In this document: piece after piece, positions 26,524 through 35,400 of the stretch
Position numbering within the stretch: position 1 is the first letter of the stretch
Layout of the letters: each line of letters opens with the position of its first letter
NCBI GenBank assembly: GCA_963657885.1
Contig: CAVKNZ010000004.1
Coordinates: 331-64,330 of the forward strand
Length of the DNA stretch: 64,000 nt
Source: Bacteroidaceae bacterium
Lineage (GTDB): Bacteria; Bacillota_I; Bacilli_A; RFN20; CAG-826
Direction: 5' to 3'
The notes under the pieces: model-generated
The model's database searches: none
What the model saw: the letters and a program-made list of their open reading frames with translations, nothing else
What the model was told of the DNA's origin: nothing
Translations under genes and position numbers: made by a program

Positions 26524-26592
26524 TAGACACATTTGCTGTATTTCACTAGACACTTTTGCTGTATTTTACTAGACAGATTTGTAGTAAATAAG
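26524..26592. repeat. 23-bp tandem direct repeat x3
   Basis: TAGACACATTTGCTGTATTTCAC / TAGACACTTTTGCTGTATTTTAC / TAGACAGATTTGTAGTAAATAAG, 58-126 bp upstream of the ATPase start codon. Confidence 0.85.
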
Positions 26593-26686
26593 GAATATAG
26601 TCCCTTCATAAAGATTGCATTGGCTAGCTATTATTTTCTGTTAAAAAAGGATTGAGCAATTAAGCATCAATCCGATTATGTAATAG

Positions 26687-26763
26687 TGGCGCCCCAAACA
26701 GGACTCGAACCCGTAACCCCTTGATTCGAAGTCAAGTACTCTATCCAGTTGCGCTATTGGGGC
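26687..26763 (-). tRNA. tRNA-Arg (anticodon TCG)
   Basis: The reverse complement reads GCCCCAATAGCGCAACTGGATAGAGTACTTGACTTCGAATCAAGGGGTTACGGGTTCGAGTCCTGTTTGGGGCGCCA. Anticodon loop CTTCGAA; CCA encoded. Confidence 0.95.
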
Positions 26764-26957
26764 ATGAGACTATTATAAAATTTTTATCTTTAATTTCAAC
26801 AATAAGAAAAAGAAGCTACGATAAGCGATTTACACGCATTAAAAAGAAGGAATTAAAAAGAGAATTCTTATGTCTATTATTACGAGAACACAATTATTCA
26901 TCGAAATAATTCACTCTCTTTTTGCAAATAGAGAAAGCGAAAACTACAATAATAGGG

Positions 26958-27551
26958 ATGAAAAACTTAAATGAAGTTATCGCTAATAATTTAGTAGAGC
27001 TAAGAAAGAAAAGCGGTCTAACTCAGCAGCAGTTAGCGAAACAATTTTCTTATAGCGATAAAACAGTCTCTAAATGGGAACATGGCTATGCTGTTCCAAG
27101 CGTTGAAGTCTTAAAAAATCTCGCTGATTTTTACGGCGTCAACATGGACTATATGCTAATAAATCATCAAACAGTCGCTGATATCGATAAAAAAGAAGCA
27201 AAAAAGCCAATTGATAGCCGTTTGTTAATTCTTTTATTAGCTAATACAGTATTTTTACTTATTGCCACAGTTATTTTTGTTTGGACATGTTTAGATAAAA
27301 ACACCAAACCGTATTGGCAAATCTTTGTCTGGGGAGTGTCAATCTGCTTCTTTATTTCCTCTATTTCTATCTGGAAAATATGGAAAGATAACACCGTTGC
27401 TTGGCTTGTGATTTCTTCATTCTTTGTTTGGACATTCATAACATCGTTTTACGTAACATTTTTAAACGACAATGTTTGGTATATTTACTTTGTTGGCATA
27501 CCGGTAGAATTGTGCCTAATTATTATTGCTAAAATGAAAGAGGGGAAATAA
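26958..27551 (+). CDS. Membrane-bound XRE-family regulator (HTH + 4 TM segments)
   Basis: The ORF track gives 26922..27551. MKNLNEVIANNLVELRKKSGLTQQQLAKQFSYSDKTVSKWEHG is a standard HTH N-terminus. The C-terminal half is hydrophobic. Confidence 0.75.
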   Translation: MKNLNEVIANNLVELRKKSGLTQQQLAKQFSYSDKTVSKWEHGYAVPSVEVLKNLADFYGVNMDYMLINHQTVADIDKKEAKKPIDSRLLILLLANTVFLLIATVIFVWTCLDKNTKPYWQIFVWGVSICFFISSISIWKIWKDNTVAWLVISSFFVWTFITSFYVTFLNDNVWYIYFVGIPVELCLIIIAKMKEGK

Positions 27552-27565
27552 AGCCCCTTTTTTAT
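27541..27565 (+). terminator. Rho-independent terminator
   Basis: AGGGG-AAATAAAG-CCCCT followed by TTTTTTATTG, overlapping the stop codon. Confidence 0.6.
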
Positions 27566-27587
27566 TGATTTATGCTATTATAACCCC

Positions 27588-28709
27588 ATGAAGACTATCA
27601 TTATCGGCGCAGGAGTTTCTGGAGTAGTCGCCGCGATATCCTTAAAAGAAAAATGTCCTGATGAGGAAATTTTGCTCATTGAACAATGTGATAAACCATT
27701 AAAGAAAATTTTAGCGACTGGCAATGGAAAATGTAACCTATCAAATAAGAAGCTAGATTACAAATTGTACAAAAATTATCAATACGTATTGCCAATTTTA
27801 AGAAAATTCGGCTATGTTTATCAACGTAACTTCTTTCGCGAAATAGGCGTTGAAACAAAGCTAATCGGTGATCTAGTATATCCAGTAAGTGAATCCGCTA
27901 TTACGGTTAGAGACGCTTTATTAAGAACATTAGAAAAAGAAAACATCAAAATAAATTTAGATGAGAAGCTAACAGACTATAAAGTTAACCCTATAAAAAT
28001 AACCGTTATAACCGATAAAGAAAAATATTTTGTTGATCGATTGATAATTGCCACCGGAGGAGCAAGTTCTCCAAAATTAGGAAGCGATGGTTCCATCTTT
28101 AAAATCTTAGAAGCACATGGCTATTGCTTAAATAAAATTGAACCAGGTCTAACTCCTATTCGAACTATTGAAAATACCAAAGTTCTCGATGGCACTAGAG
28201 TAAAATGCTCTGCTTCATTATATAAAAATCATCAACTAATACACAAAGAAAGTGGAGAAGTTCTTTTCAAAAGCCATGGTTTAAGTGGCATTGTCATCAT
28301 GAATCTATCTAGCATCATCGCAAGGAATCTAAAATATAATTACACGATTGAACTCGACCTACTTGAAGATTATAAAGATTTTGAAATTAATGATTATATT
28401 CATCAAAGAGGTGAAGATGCATTTTTAAACGCCTTCTTGCATCCTAATCTCGTTAAATATTTTAAAGAAAATAAGATTAAACCATCATTTGCTAAACGAT
28501 TAACATTTAAATTTGATTCTTTATCTGGCTTTGAAAATTCACAAGTTACTGTCGGAGGTATCGATTTTATCGACATCGATAATAATTTGATGAGCAAAAG
28601 AGAGCACGATGTCTATTTCATTGGTGAAGTCTTAGATGTTGATGGTCCCTGCGGAGGCTATAACTTGTCTTGGGCTTTAGCCAGTGCATTATCCTTAAAA
28701 ATATATTAA
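27588..28709 (+). CDS. NAD(P)/FAD-dependent oxidoreductase, HI0933/BaiN-like family
   Basis: IIIGAGVSGVVAA dinucleotide fold and ILATGNGKCNLSN, typical of this family. Confidence 0.8.
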   Translation: MKTIIIGAGVSGVVAAISLKEKCPDEEILLIEQCDKPLKKILATGNGKCNLSNKKLDYKLYKNYQYVLPILRKFGYVYQRNFFREIGVETKLIGDLVYPVSESAITVRDALLRTLEKENIKINLDEKLTDYKVNPIKITVITDKEKYFVDRLIIATGGASSPKLGSDGSIFKILEAHGYCLNKIEPGLTPIRTIENTKVLDGTRVKCSASLYKNHQLIHKESGEVLFKSHGLSGIVIMNLSSIIARNLKYNYTIELDLLEDYKDFEINDYIHQRGEDAFLNAFLHPNLVKYFKENKIKPSFAKRLTFKFDSLSGFENSQVTVGGIDFIDIDNNLMSKREHDVYFIGEVLDVDGPCGGYNLSWALASALSLKIY

Positions 28710-28755
28710 AGAGATTTTACAATCATTCTAATTTGGCAAGTTCAAGAATAAAATA

Positions 28756-28788
28756 TTGCCAAAATGGCATTGTTTATTATAGTATAAT
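28756..28788 (+). promoter_or_regulatory. Promoter TTGCCA-N16-TATAGT with overlapping palindrome TGCCA-N3-TGGCA
   Basis: The -10 element ends about 8 nt before the ATG at 28792 and there is no SD sequence, so the mRNA may be leaderless. A further inverted repeat, TTTGGCAA...TTGCCAAA, spans 28732-28763. Confidence 0.45.
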
Positions 28789-28791
28789 GCC

Positions 28792-29250
28792 ATGAAATTA
28801 AAAGAATTAAGGCAAAGCTTAGGATTAACGCAGCCAGAAGTAGCAACAATTTTATCTATACCGCTTAGAACATATTGCCGATATGAAGATGATTCTCACT
28901 ATGAAGGGTCTTTTAAATATAATCAATTCATTTCCCTCTTAAATAATCATGCAAAAGATATAGTACTAACAGTAGATATAATCGAAAAAGCTGTAAATGA
29001 TGTTTTAAAAAATTACAAAGTTAGCGCTTGCTATCTTTTTGGCAGTTACGCAAAGAATAAAGCACGTCCAGAAAGTGATATTGACTTAATGATAGTATCT
29101 GAGATTGAAGGCCTTCAATATTTTGAAATTATTTCATTGTTAGAAGAAAAATTAAGAAAAATAATAGATTTAATAAGATTAGATGTTGCTATTCAAAACA
29201 CAAAATTAATAAATGAAATACTAAAAGATGGAATAAAAATTTACGGATAA
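28792..29250 (+). CDS. XRE-type HTH fused to a minimal nucleotidyltransferase (MNT antitoxin-like)
   Basis: N-terminal LRQSLGLTQPEVATILSIPLRTYCRYE. NTase motif GSYAKNKARPESDIDLMIV. Confidence 0.8.
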   Translation: MKLKELRQSLGLTQPEVATILSIPLRTYCRYEDDSHYEGSFKYNQFISLLNNHAKDIVLTVDIIEKAVNDVLKNYKVSACYLFGSYAKNKARPESDIDLMIVSEIEGLQYFEIISLLEEKLRKIIDLIRLDVAIQNTKLINEILKDGIKIYG

Positions 29251-29258
29251 TATCAAAG

Positions 29259-29366
29259 ATGTTTAAAGATAGTATTGCATCAATTCCCTAGATTGCGATT
29301 GGAGCTATAAGAAACAGAAAATATCATAATTATGGCGTAGTCGCAATAGAAATTCTACTCTATTAA
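29259..29366 (+). pseudogene. HEPN/DUF86 toxin remnant
   Basis: One frame reads MFKDSIASIP*IAIGAIRNRKYHNYGVVAIEILLY*. The RNxxxHxY core (R-x4-6-H HEPN motif) is retained, but the gene is reduced to about 35 codons with an in-frame TAG. Confidence 0.6.
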
Positions 29367-29398
29367 ATTCTAAAGAATATTAATATAAATAAATTATT

Positions 29399-29429
29399 TA
29401 AATAAAAGGCAACGCCTTAAGCATTGCCT
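29399..29429 (-). terminator. Rho-independent terminator
   Basis: On the minus strand, AGGCAA-11 nt-TTGCCT is followed by TTTTATTT, 20 nt after the stop at 29450. Confidence 0.6.
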
Positions 29430-29449
29430 ATAAAGAGAAAAATTAAATA

Positions 29450-31558
29450 TCAAATCTTCATCGCCACATCCCAAGCCCGCCAAATGACAGTACGTAAATT
29501 GCCAACCGCTAAGCAGTCACCAACTAATTTACCTTTAGCAAGAGGTTTAGGATTATAACCAATTGAAGAGATGACTGAATCACATTCAATAAGTTGTTCT
29601 TTGCCATCTTTAGTTGTGACAACAACACCTTTATCGGTGATTTCTTTAACGCCGGTTTCAAGATGAACTTCCACTTTATTTAAAGCGAAGAAATCACGTA
29701 AATATGAGGAATTTGCCAGGCAAACGCCACGAACAGCAATTAAATCATTCTTCATTTCCACGATAATTGGAGTTTTACCTTTTAAGTATAAGTCGTAAGC
29801 GATTTCGCAACCAGTTAGTCCACCGCCTATGACAAGAACTTTATTGCCAACTTCTTTGTTTCCAAGTAGATAATCGCAAGCTTCAATGGCTTTTTCACCA
29901 CCCGGAACACGAAGATGTCTAGCTACAGCGCCTGTAGCAATAACTACATCATCAAATAGATAATGTTCGTTATATTTTGCATTTCTTTCTTTATCATCGT
30001 TGATAAGAAGATGTTTATATCTTCCTGCTCTATCAATGCCTTTGACATAAGTATTTAATTTAACAGTGATAGGTAGTTTAGATATTTCATTTTTATACCA
30101 AGAAATAAGTTCACGATCTTTTTCTTTAAAAGAAGGTTTACTCGCCGCCGTAAATACGCCACCGAGCTCGCCACTCTTTTCAAAGATGGTAACTTTGTGT
30201 CCGCGCATCGCTAAGACGCGTGCAGTTTCCATTCCGCCGATACCACCGCCGATAATGGCAACTTCTTTGCTCTTTTTTGCTGGTTTAATTTTATATTTTT
30301 TTGACTGCATGGTCGTTGGATTAAGTGCACATCTAGCCATATGTGTCGCATCGCTAAGCTTTTGATCATTGGCGGCGCCTTCGTAATGGCAAAGATTAAA
30401 ACAGCCATTATGGCAACAAATGCAAGGCATGATGTCTTCTTCTTTATCATCCATGAGTTTATTAACCCATTTAGAATCAACAAGAAATTGGCGAGCAACA
30501 CCCATCGCATCGAGTTTTCCTTCTTCAATGGCCTTTGCAGCAACATCTGGACTCATTCTACCTGCGCAGACAACAGGAATGTCGACAAATTTCTTAATGT
30601 GTTCAACTTCCGCTAAGTTGCAGTTTGTCGGCATATAGCCTGGCGGATGAGCCCAATACCACGCATCATATGTTCCATTGTCGCAGTTAAGCATATCGTA
30701 TCCGGCATCTTGAAGATATTTCGCGGCTTTTTCGCTTTCAAGCATGTCGCGACCAACTTCAACATAGTCTTCACCTGGTAAAGCACCTTGTCTAAAACCT
30801 TTGGTTTTACTTACTACCGAATAACGTAGAGATACAGGATAGTCATCTCCACATTCTTTCTTAATCGCTTTAACAATTTCCACCGGGAAACGATATCTAT
30901 TTTCAAAGCTTCCGCCATATTCATCGGTTCGTAGGTTAGTGTATTTCATCGTGAATTGGTCTAAAAGATAACCTTCGTGAACAGCGTGGATTTCCACTCC
31001 ATCAACTCCAGCTTCTTTGCATAGTTTTGCAGTTTTAGCAAAAGCCATCACCATTTTATCGATTTGTTTTTTGCTCATCTCGTGGGTGATAACTTTGTCA
31101 GACCATCTATTTGGAGTCGATGAAGCGCTCATCGTTAAAAAGTCGATATCTAAAATTGGTTTAATTAGAAAATTCAAGAAACGATTTTTACTAGCCGTAG
31201 CCATCAAATCATTGACAGCAAAAGATCGACCAAAACCAGCCGTAAGTTGAACAAACATCTTGCTGCCAGTTTTATGGAATTCCACCATGTAATCTTTCAA
31301 TTTTCTAAACATTGCTTTGTTGGTGTAAAGCCATCTACCAAGCATTGGATCGCGAATCGGAGCGATGCCAGGAAGGACTAAACCGACATTATTTTTAGCC
31401 TTATCGTATAAAAATTTCGCAGCTTCCTTATCGAAGTGACAAGGTTCCATCCAACCAAAAATTGAAGTTCCTCCCATGGAAGTCATGACAATGCGGTTTT
31501 TGATTTCGCAATTACCAATTTTCCAAGGAGTAAACAAACTTTTGTAACTATCTTTCAT
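29450..31558 (-). CDS. Old-yellow-enzyme-type NADH:flavin oxidoreductase fused to FAD/NAD(P) domain (2,4-dienoyl-CoA reductase / enoate reductase family)
   Basis: N-terminal TIM-barrel OYE region, a 4Fe-4S cysteine cluster (CICCHNGCFNLCH...RCALNP), and two GxGxxG folds (IIGGGIGGME, VIGGGLTGCE). Confidence 0.85.
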   Translation of the reverse strand: MKDSYKSLFTPWKIGNCEIKNRIVMTSMGGTSIFGWMEPCHFDKEAAKFLYDKAKNNVGLVLPGIAPIRDPMLGRWLYTNKAMFRKLKDYMVEFHKTGSKMFVQLTAGFGRSFAVNDLMATASKNRFLNFLIKPILDIDFLTMSASSTPNRWSDKVITHEMSKKQIDKMVMAFAKTAKLCKEAGVDGVEIHAVHEGYLLDQFTMKYTNLRTDEYGGSFENRYRFPVEIVKAIKKECGDDYPVSLRYSVVSKTKGFRQGALPGEDYVEVGRDMLESEKAAKYLQDAGYDMLNCDNGTYDAWYWAHPPGYMPTNCNLAEVEHIKKFVDIPVVCAGRMSPDVAAKAIEEGKLDAMGVARQFLVDSKWVNKLMDDKEEDIMPCICCHNGCFNLCHYEGAANDQKLSDATHMARCALNPTTMQSKKYKIKPAKKSKEVAIIGGGIGGMETARVLAMRGHKVTIFEKSGELGGVFTAASKPSFKEKDRELISWYKNEISKLPITVKLNTYVKGIDRAGRYKHLLINDDKERNAKYNEHYLFDDVVIATGAVARHLRVPGGEKAIEACDYLLGNKEVGNKVLVIGGGLTGCEIAYDLYLKGKTPIIVEMKNDLIAVRGVCLANSSYLRDFFALNKVEVHLETGVKEITDKGVVVTTKDGKEQLIECDSVISSIGYNPKPLAKGKLVGDCLAVGNLRTVIWRAWDVAMKI

Positions 31559-31699
31559 AAATTCTCCTTTAAATGATATCTTTATTTTACAAATAAGATG
31601 GCAAATTGTATATAAGGAATCAATACTTTTGCCCTAGACAGGAATTTAAATAGCAAATAAATTTGCTTTTAAATGAGGATATAACTATAATCTCTCTTT

Positions 31700-32206
31700 A
31701 TGAAGTGGTCATGGGGCGTATTCATCTATAGTCTAATCTGCAACATTCCTGTATGTTTCTTTTTATGCTTAACTAGCTCAATAATTGCGGCAAGTAGCCT
31801 TGAAGGAAGCACTCTTTACATCAAATTCGACACCATATCCTGGACGATGTTTTTAATAAATTATCTAATTTCTTTTGTTCTTGCGATGTGCATTGGTTGC
31901 TTTGTCCCTCTAACAAAAATTGGAAGATGGTTCACTGCGTTATTTCACGTAGAAAACAAAACCTATACAGGCAATGTCCCTTACAGACTATTAGCCACTT
32001 TGATAACTTCAATTATTTATTATGCAGTTATCACACCAACACTATCGCTATTTAATTTCTTCGTTTTAAGAAGCACGACAATTCAACAAACACTGCTCAA
32101 TATGGCTATAAGCGCTCCGATAATGCTACTTGTTGGCTTCACTTCATCACTAATAAGCGACATATTCGCCTTTAAAGTCGCTCATAGAGTGGATCCATCA
32201 TTATAA
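31700..32206 (+). CDS. Polytopic membrane protein, unknown function
   Basis: 168 aa with 4-5 hydrophobic segments. No family recognised. Confidence 0.5.
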   Translation: MKWSWGVFIYSLICNIPVCFFLCLTSSIIAASSLEGSTLYIKFDTISWTMFLINYLISFVLAMCIGCFVPLTKIGRWFTALFHVENKTYTGNVPYRLLATLITSIIYYAVITPTLSLFNFFVLRSTTIQQTLLNMAISAPIMLLVGFTSSLISDIFAFKVAHRVDPSL

Positions 32207-32234
32207 AAAGGCCTCAGAATTTGAGACCTTTTTT
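32206..32234. terminator. Bidirectional terminator between convergent genes
   Basis: AAAA-GGCCTCA-GAATT-TGAGACC-TTTTTT (one mismatch in the stem). Confidence 0.65.
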
Positions 32235-32251
32235 GCAATTCAAATAGAAAT

Positions 32252-33088
32252 CTATTTTTTCACGGAGTAGCTAACAACTGCGTGATATGATTCGCCATCA
32301 ATTTGTAAATCGGTAGGTTTTGAATAAGTCATCGTGATATCTTTGCCAGTTAAAACCGTAACTTTTTTAGTCTTCTTAACGTGCTCGCCGGTAAAAATCT
32401 TAGGGAAGGCCATCAATGCTGTCAATTTATTAAAGTCGTGCCAAATGACGACGCTCACAGTATCGGATAATCGATCTTGCTTGGGCGCTTCTTTCATGCC
32501 TCCTCCATAATATTTTCCGTTCATCGCTGAACCGATATAGACTTTTTTAAAGCTATAAGTTTTGCCATCAACTGTCACTGTGGCGTTAACTTTTTTAAAT
32601 TTAGTTAACAATAATTTAATAGACAATGTCGTGTAATTGATTTTCTTTTTGCCTTTAGCTTTAAGCTTATCGCTTTCAACACAAACCATGCCATCAATGC
32701 CAAAGCCCACGCCATTGATGTATTTTGAAGTTTCGCCATTTAATGTAACTTTAGGAAGATGTTTTAAATAAGGCGATATTTCCACAAAGTCTTCTTTTAG
32801 TTCATTTAAATCGCGAAGGAAATCGTTTCCGTTGCCTGCTTTATGAAGAAAGATTTTATTTTTAGCTTCATCTAAATCAAGGAAGTTAACTAATCTATTA
32901 AGCGTTCCATCGCCTCCAGAGATGATGATGTCATCATCTTTCACCAATGAATGAAATTCATCTTTAGTTTTAATCTTGGTGACATCAAGACATTTAAAAT
33001 CACCTTCAACAAATTTTTTAATTTCCTTTTTTAAATCTTCTTCTTTAAATGAATGGGAAGAAAACGGATTAAATAAAACGTACTTCAT
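32252..33088 (-). CDS. YegS/DagK-family lipid kinase
   Basis: GGDGTLNRLVN catalytic motif. Confidence 0.8.
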   Translation of the reverse strand: MKYVLFNPFSSHSFKEEDLKKEIKKFVEGDFKCLDVTKIKTKDEFHSLVKDDDIIISGGDGTLNRLVNFLDLDEAKNKIFLHKAGNGNDFLRDLNELKEDFVEISPYLKHLPKVTLNGETSKYINGVGFGIDGMVCVESDKLKAKGKKKINYTTLSIKLLLTKFKKVNATVTVDGKTYSFKKVYIGSAMNGKYYGGGMKEAPKQDRLSDTVSVVIWHDFNKLTALMAFPKIFTGEHVKKTKKVTVLTGKDITMTYSKPTDLQIDGESYHAVVSYSVKK

Positions 33089-33927
33089 GATTTTTTCTCC
33101 TTTAAATATGTTTCTATTTTATTTTGACAATAATTGGCAATTTCATTTACATCTTTATCGCTATAATCGCTAGGCTGAATAATCTCGACGATATCTAGAT
33201 AAACTCGATGTCTTTTTAATAATAAATGGTTATTGACCTCTTTGCTATTAGCGATTGCAATTAAAACGATGGGATTTAAAGAATTTTTCGCTAATCGGAA
33301 AGTTCCAGCCTTAAAAGGAAGTAGCTCATCCATCGCATTATCTTTGTTTCTAGTTCCTTCAGGGAAAACGCCGATTGATAAAGGCTCATCACTTCTTGAT
33401 AGCATATTTAACGCCCTTTTATAAGCAAGAAATTCTTGATTTGTATCATTTCGATCAAGCTTAATATAGGCGCATCCATGGATGATATGACCCACGAAAG
33501 GAACTTTGAATAATGAGTCTTTAGTGATAAAGGTCAAAGGAAAAGAAGAAAGATATTTATCGATGAGTAAACTATCTAAATTGCTTCGATGATTAGACAC
33601 AAAAATATATTGCTGAGAAACTGATAAATTCTCTTTTCCGTGAGCAATGAGCTTAATGTTAAATAAAGAACATAATAGCTTATCCATCAAAAGCAAAAGT
33701 TTACGAAAATATAGACTTTGCTTTTCGCGTTTAAAATCCTTCTTTTCAAAGAAAGTTGATAAAAATAGAAGAAGGAAAAAGAGGATAACAATAGATAGAA
33801 TTGTTCCTAGAAATATGGCAATAGAGACGAGTATATCTAATGGAATATTATTGATAGAAGGATAAAGATAAATTCCGAAAAAGATTGATAAAGATAGAGC
33901 ACTTAGTAATACGATTATCTTAATCAT
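33085..33927 (-). CDS. plsC: 1-acyl-sn-glycerol-3-phosphate acyltransferase
   Basis: HX4D motif (NHRSNLD) and FPEGTR, with N-terminal TM helices. The start overlaps the upstream gene. Confidence 0.8.
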   Translation of the reverse strand: MIKIIVLLSALSLSIFFGIYLYPSINNIPLDILVSIAIFLGTILSIVILFFLLLFLSTFFEKKDFKREKQSLYFRKLLLLMDKLLCSLFNIKLIAHGKENLSVSQQYIFVSNHRSNLDSLLIDKYLSSFPLTFITKDSLFKVPFVGHIIHGCAYIKLDRNDTNQEFLAYKRALNMLSRSDEPLSIGVFPEGTRNKDNAMDELLPFKAGTFRLAKNSLNPIVLIAIANSKEVNNHLLLKRHRVYLDIVEIIQPSDYSDKDVNEIANYCQNKIETYLKEKKS

Positions 33928-34693
33928 CTTTTTCTTCTTTAACTATTTCTTCATTATTTGGCTTTTCTTTTGCCTGCTTTTTGGCTTTATAGCTATCGAG
34001 GTTATTTTTCAAATTTCCATAGATGAAGAAAAATGGCTTTTTGATTTTATCTTTCATCTTATTTAGATGAGAATTTTCACTTTTCGCATGTTCTTGGAAC
34101 TGCAAAAAGGAAACAACAACTTTGTTTTCTTTAGCAAATTTGGATATGGCGGTTGCCACATGCATAGAATAGCAAAAGTCAACGATGATCATGCCGATGA
34201 CGATGCCGATGAAAAAATAATAAATGGTATTGTCGCTTAAAAAGTTCACAAAATCATTTAACGGGGCGCTTAAAAGGAAGTAGTAAATAGCTCCTCCAGC
34301 GAGCCAAAACAAAGAATACAAAGGACAGATGATGCCCATGATGTTGCCCTTCATATTTGAATAATCCCATAATTTGATTTTCATGCCTTTGATAAATATA
34401 AGGCCCGCGATAAATTCAACAAGCGTCAAGGCAATGGCGATTAAAAGAATAGAGCTAACAATTTTTAGCCAAAGTAAACTATCTGGAAAAGGGATGAGTC
34501 CAACTAAATAATTAAGCGTAAATAAAACAACAGTCCCAAAACCATATATAGGAAGATAAGGACCCACCAAAAAGCCCGGATTTACCCAATGATGTTGACT
34601 CACAAATCTTCGCCAAAAAAGTTCGATGATATAGCCTATAACTGAGCCTAGGACAAATAAGGAAACTAAATTTAAAAATACCTTAAAGAACAT
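33920..34693 (-). CDS. Polytopic membrane protein (CmpB/DUF1113-like)
   Basis: GYIIELFWRRF...NPGFLVGPYLPIYGFG matches the pattern I associate with PF06541. Confidence 0.55.
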   Translation of the reverse strand: MFFKVFLNLVSLFVLGSVIGYIIELFWRRFVSQHHWVNPGFLVGPYLPIYGFGTVVLFTLNYLVGLIPFPDSLLWLKIVSSILLIAIALTLVEFIAGLIFIKGMKIKLWDYSNMKGNIMGIICPLYSLFWLAGGAIYYFLLSAPLNDFVNFLSDNTIYYFFIGIVIGMIIVDFCYSMHVATAISKFAKENKVVVSFLQFQEHAKSENSHLNKMKDKIKKPFFFIYGNLKNNLDSYKAKKQAKEKPNNEEIVKEEKDD

Positions 34694-34695
34694 AA

Positions 34696-35400
34696 TTATT
34701 TTTTAATGAGCACAAGTTTTGGTTTATTGATAGTCACTTTATAGTTACTAGGAATCGATTCGGTTAAAAATACGTTGCCGCCGATGATGACGTTATCGCC
34801 AATTGTAACTTCTCCTCCTAAGATAGAAGCATTCGCGTAGATTATGACATTATTTCCAATAGTAGGATGTCTTTTTACTCCTTTAATAAGCGCACCTTTT
34901 CCTAAAGAAAGCGCCCCTAAAGTGACACCTTGATATAAACGGACATAGTTGCCGATAATTGAAGTTTCGCCTACAACAATTCCGGTTCCATGGTCGATGA
35001 AAAAAGGATGACCAATGGAGGCACCTGGATGAATGTCAATGCCAGTTAGAAAATGAGCGTGCTCACTTATTACGCGAGCTTCTAATTTATAATTAAGATT
35101 AAACAAAATATTCGCGATTCTATAGCAGACAATCGCTTTATAGCCCGGATAGCATTCGATGACTTCTTCTTCTCCGTTGCACGCGGGATCGCAACTAATA
35201 AAATAAACTAAATCTTCCTTTAAATATTTTTCAATTTTCTTCAAAGAAGAAATAAAAGCGTTCCCGCTATCTAGATTATCATCGATTTCTTGTAAAAATG
35301 ATTCTAAAACGTCAGCGAGAGAATTATCGCAAAAAAGATAATCATAAACGACCTTGTAAAAATCGATGACATCAGTTTTGACGCAGTAATTAACTACCAT
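34696..35400 (-). CDS. cysE: Serine O-acetyltransferase
   Basis: DIHPGASIGHPFFIDHGTGIVVGET plus hexapeptide repeats. Confidence 0.9.
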   Translation of the reverse strand: MVVNYCVKTDVIDFYKVVYDYLFCDNSLADVLESFLQEIDDNLDSGNAFISSLKKIEKYLKEDLVYFISCDPACNGEEEVIECYPGYKAIVCYRIANILFNLNYKLEARVISEHAHFLTGIDIHPGASIGHPFFIDHGTGIVVGETSIIGNYVRLYQGVTLGALSLGKGALIKGVKRHPTIGNNVIIYANASILGGEVTIGDNVIIGGNVFLTESIPSNYKVTINKPKLVLIKK

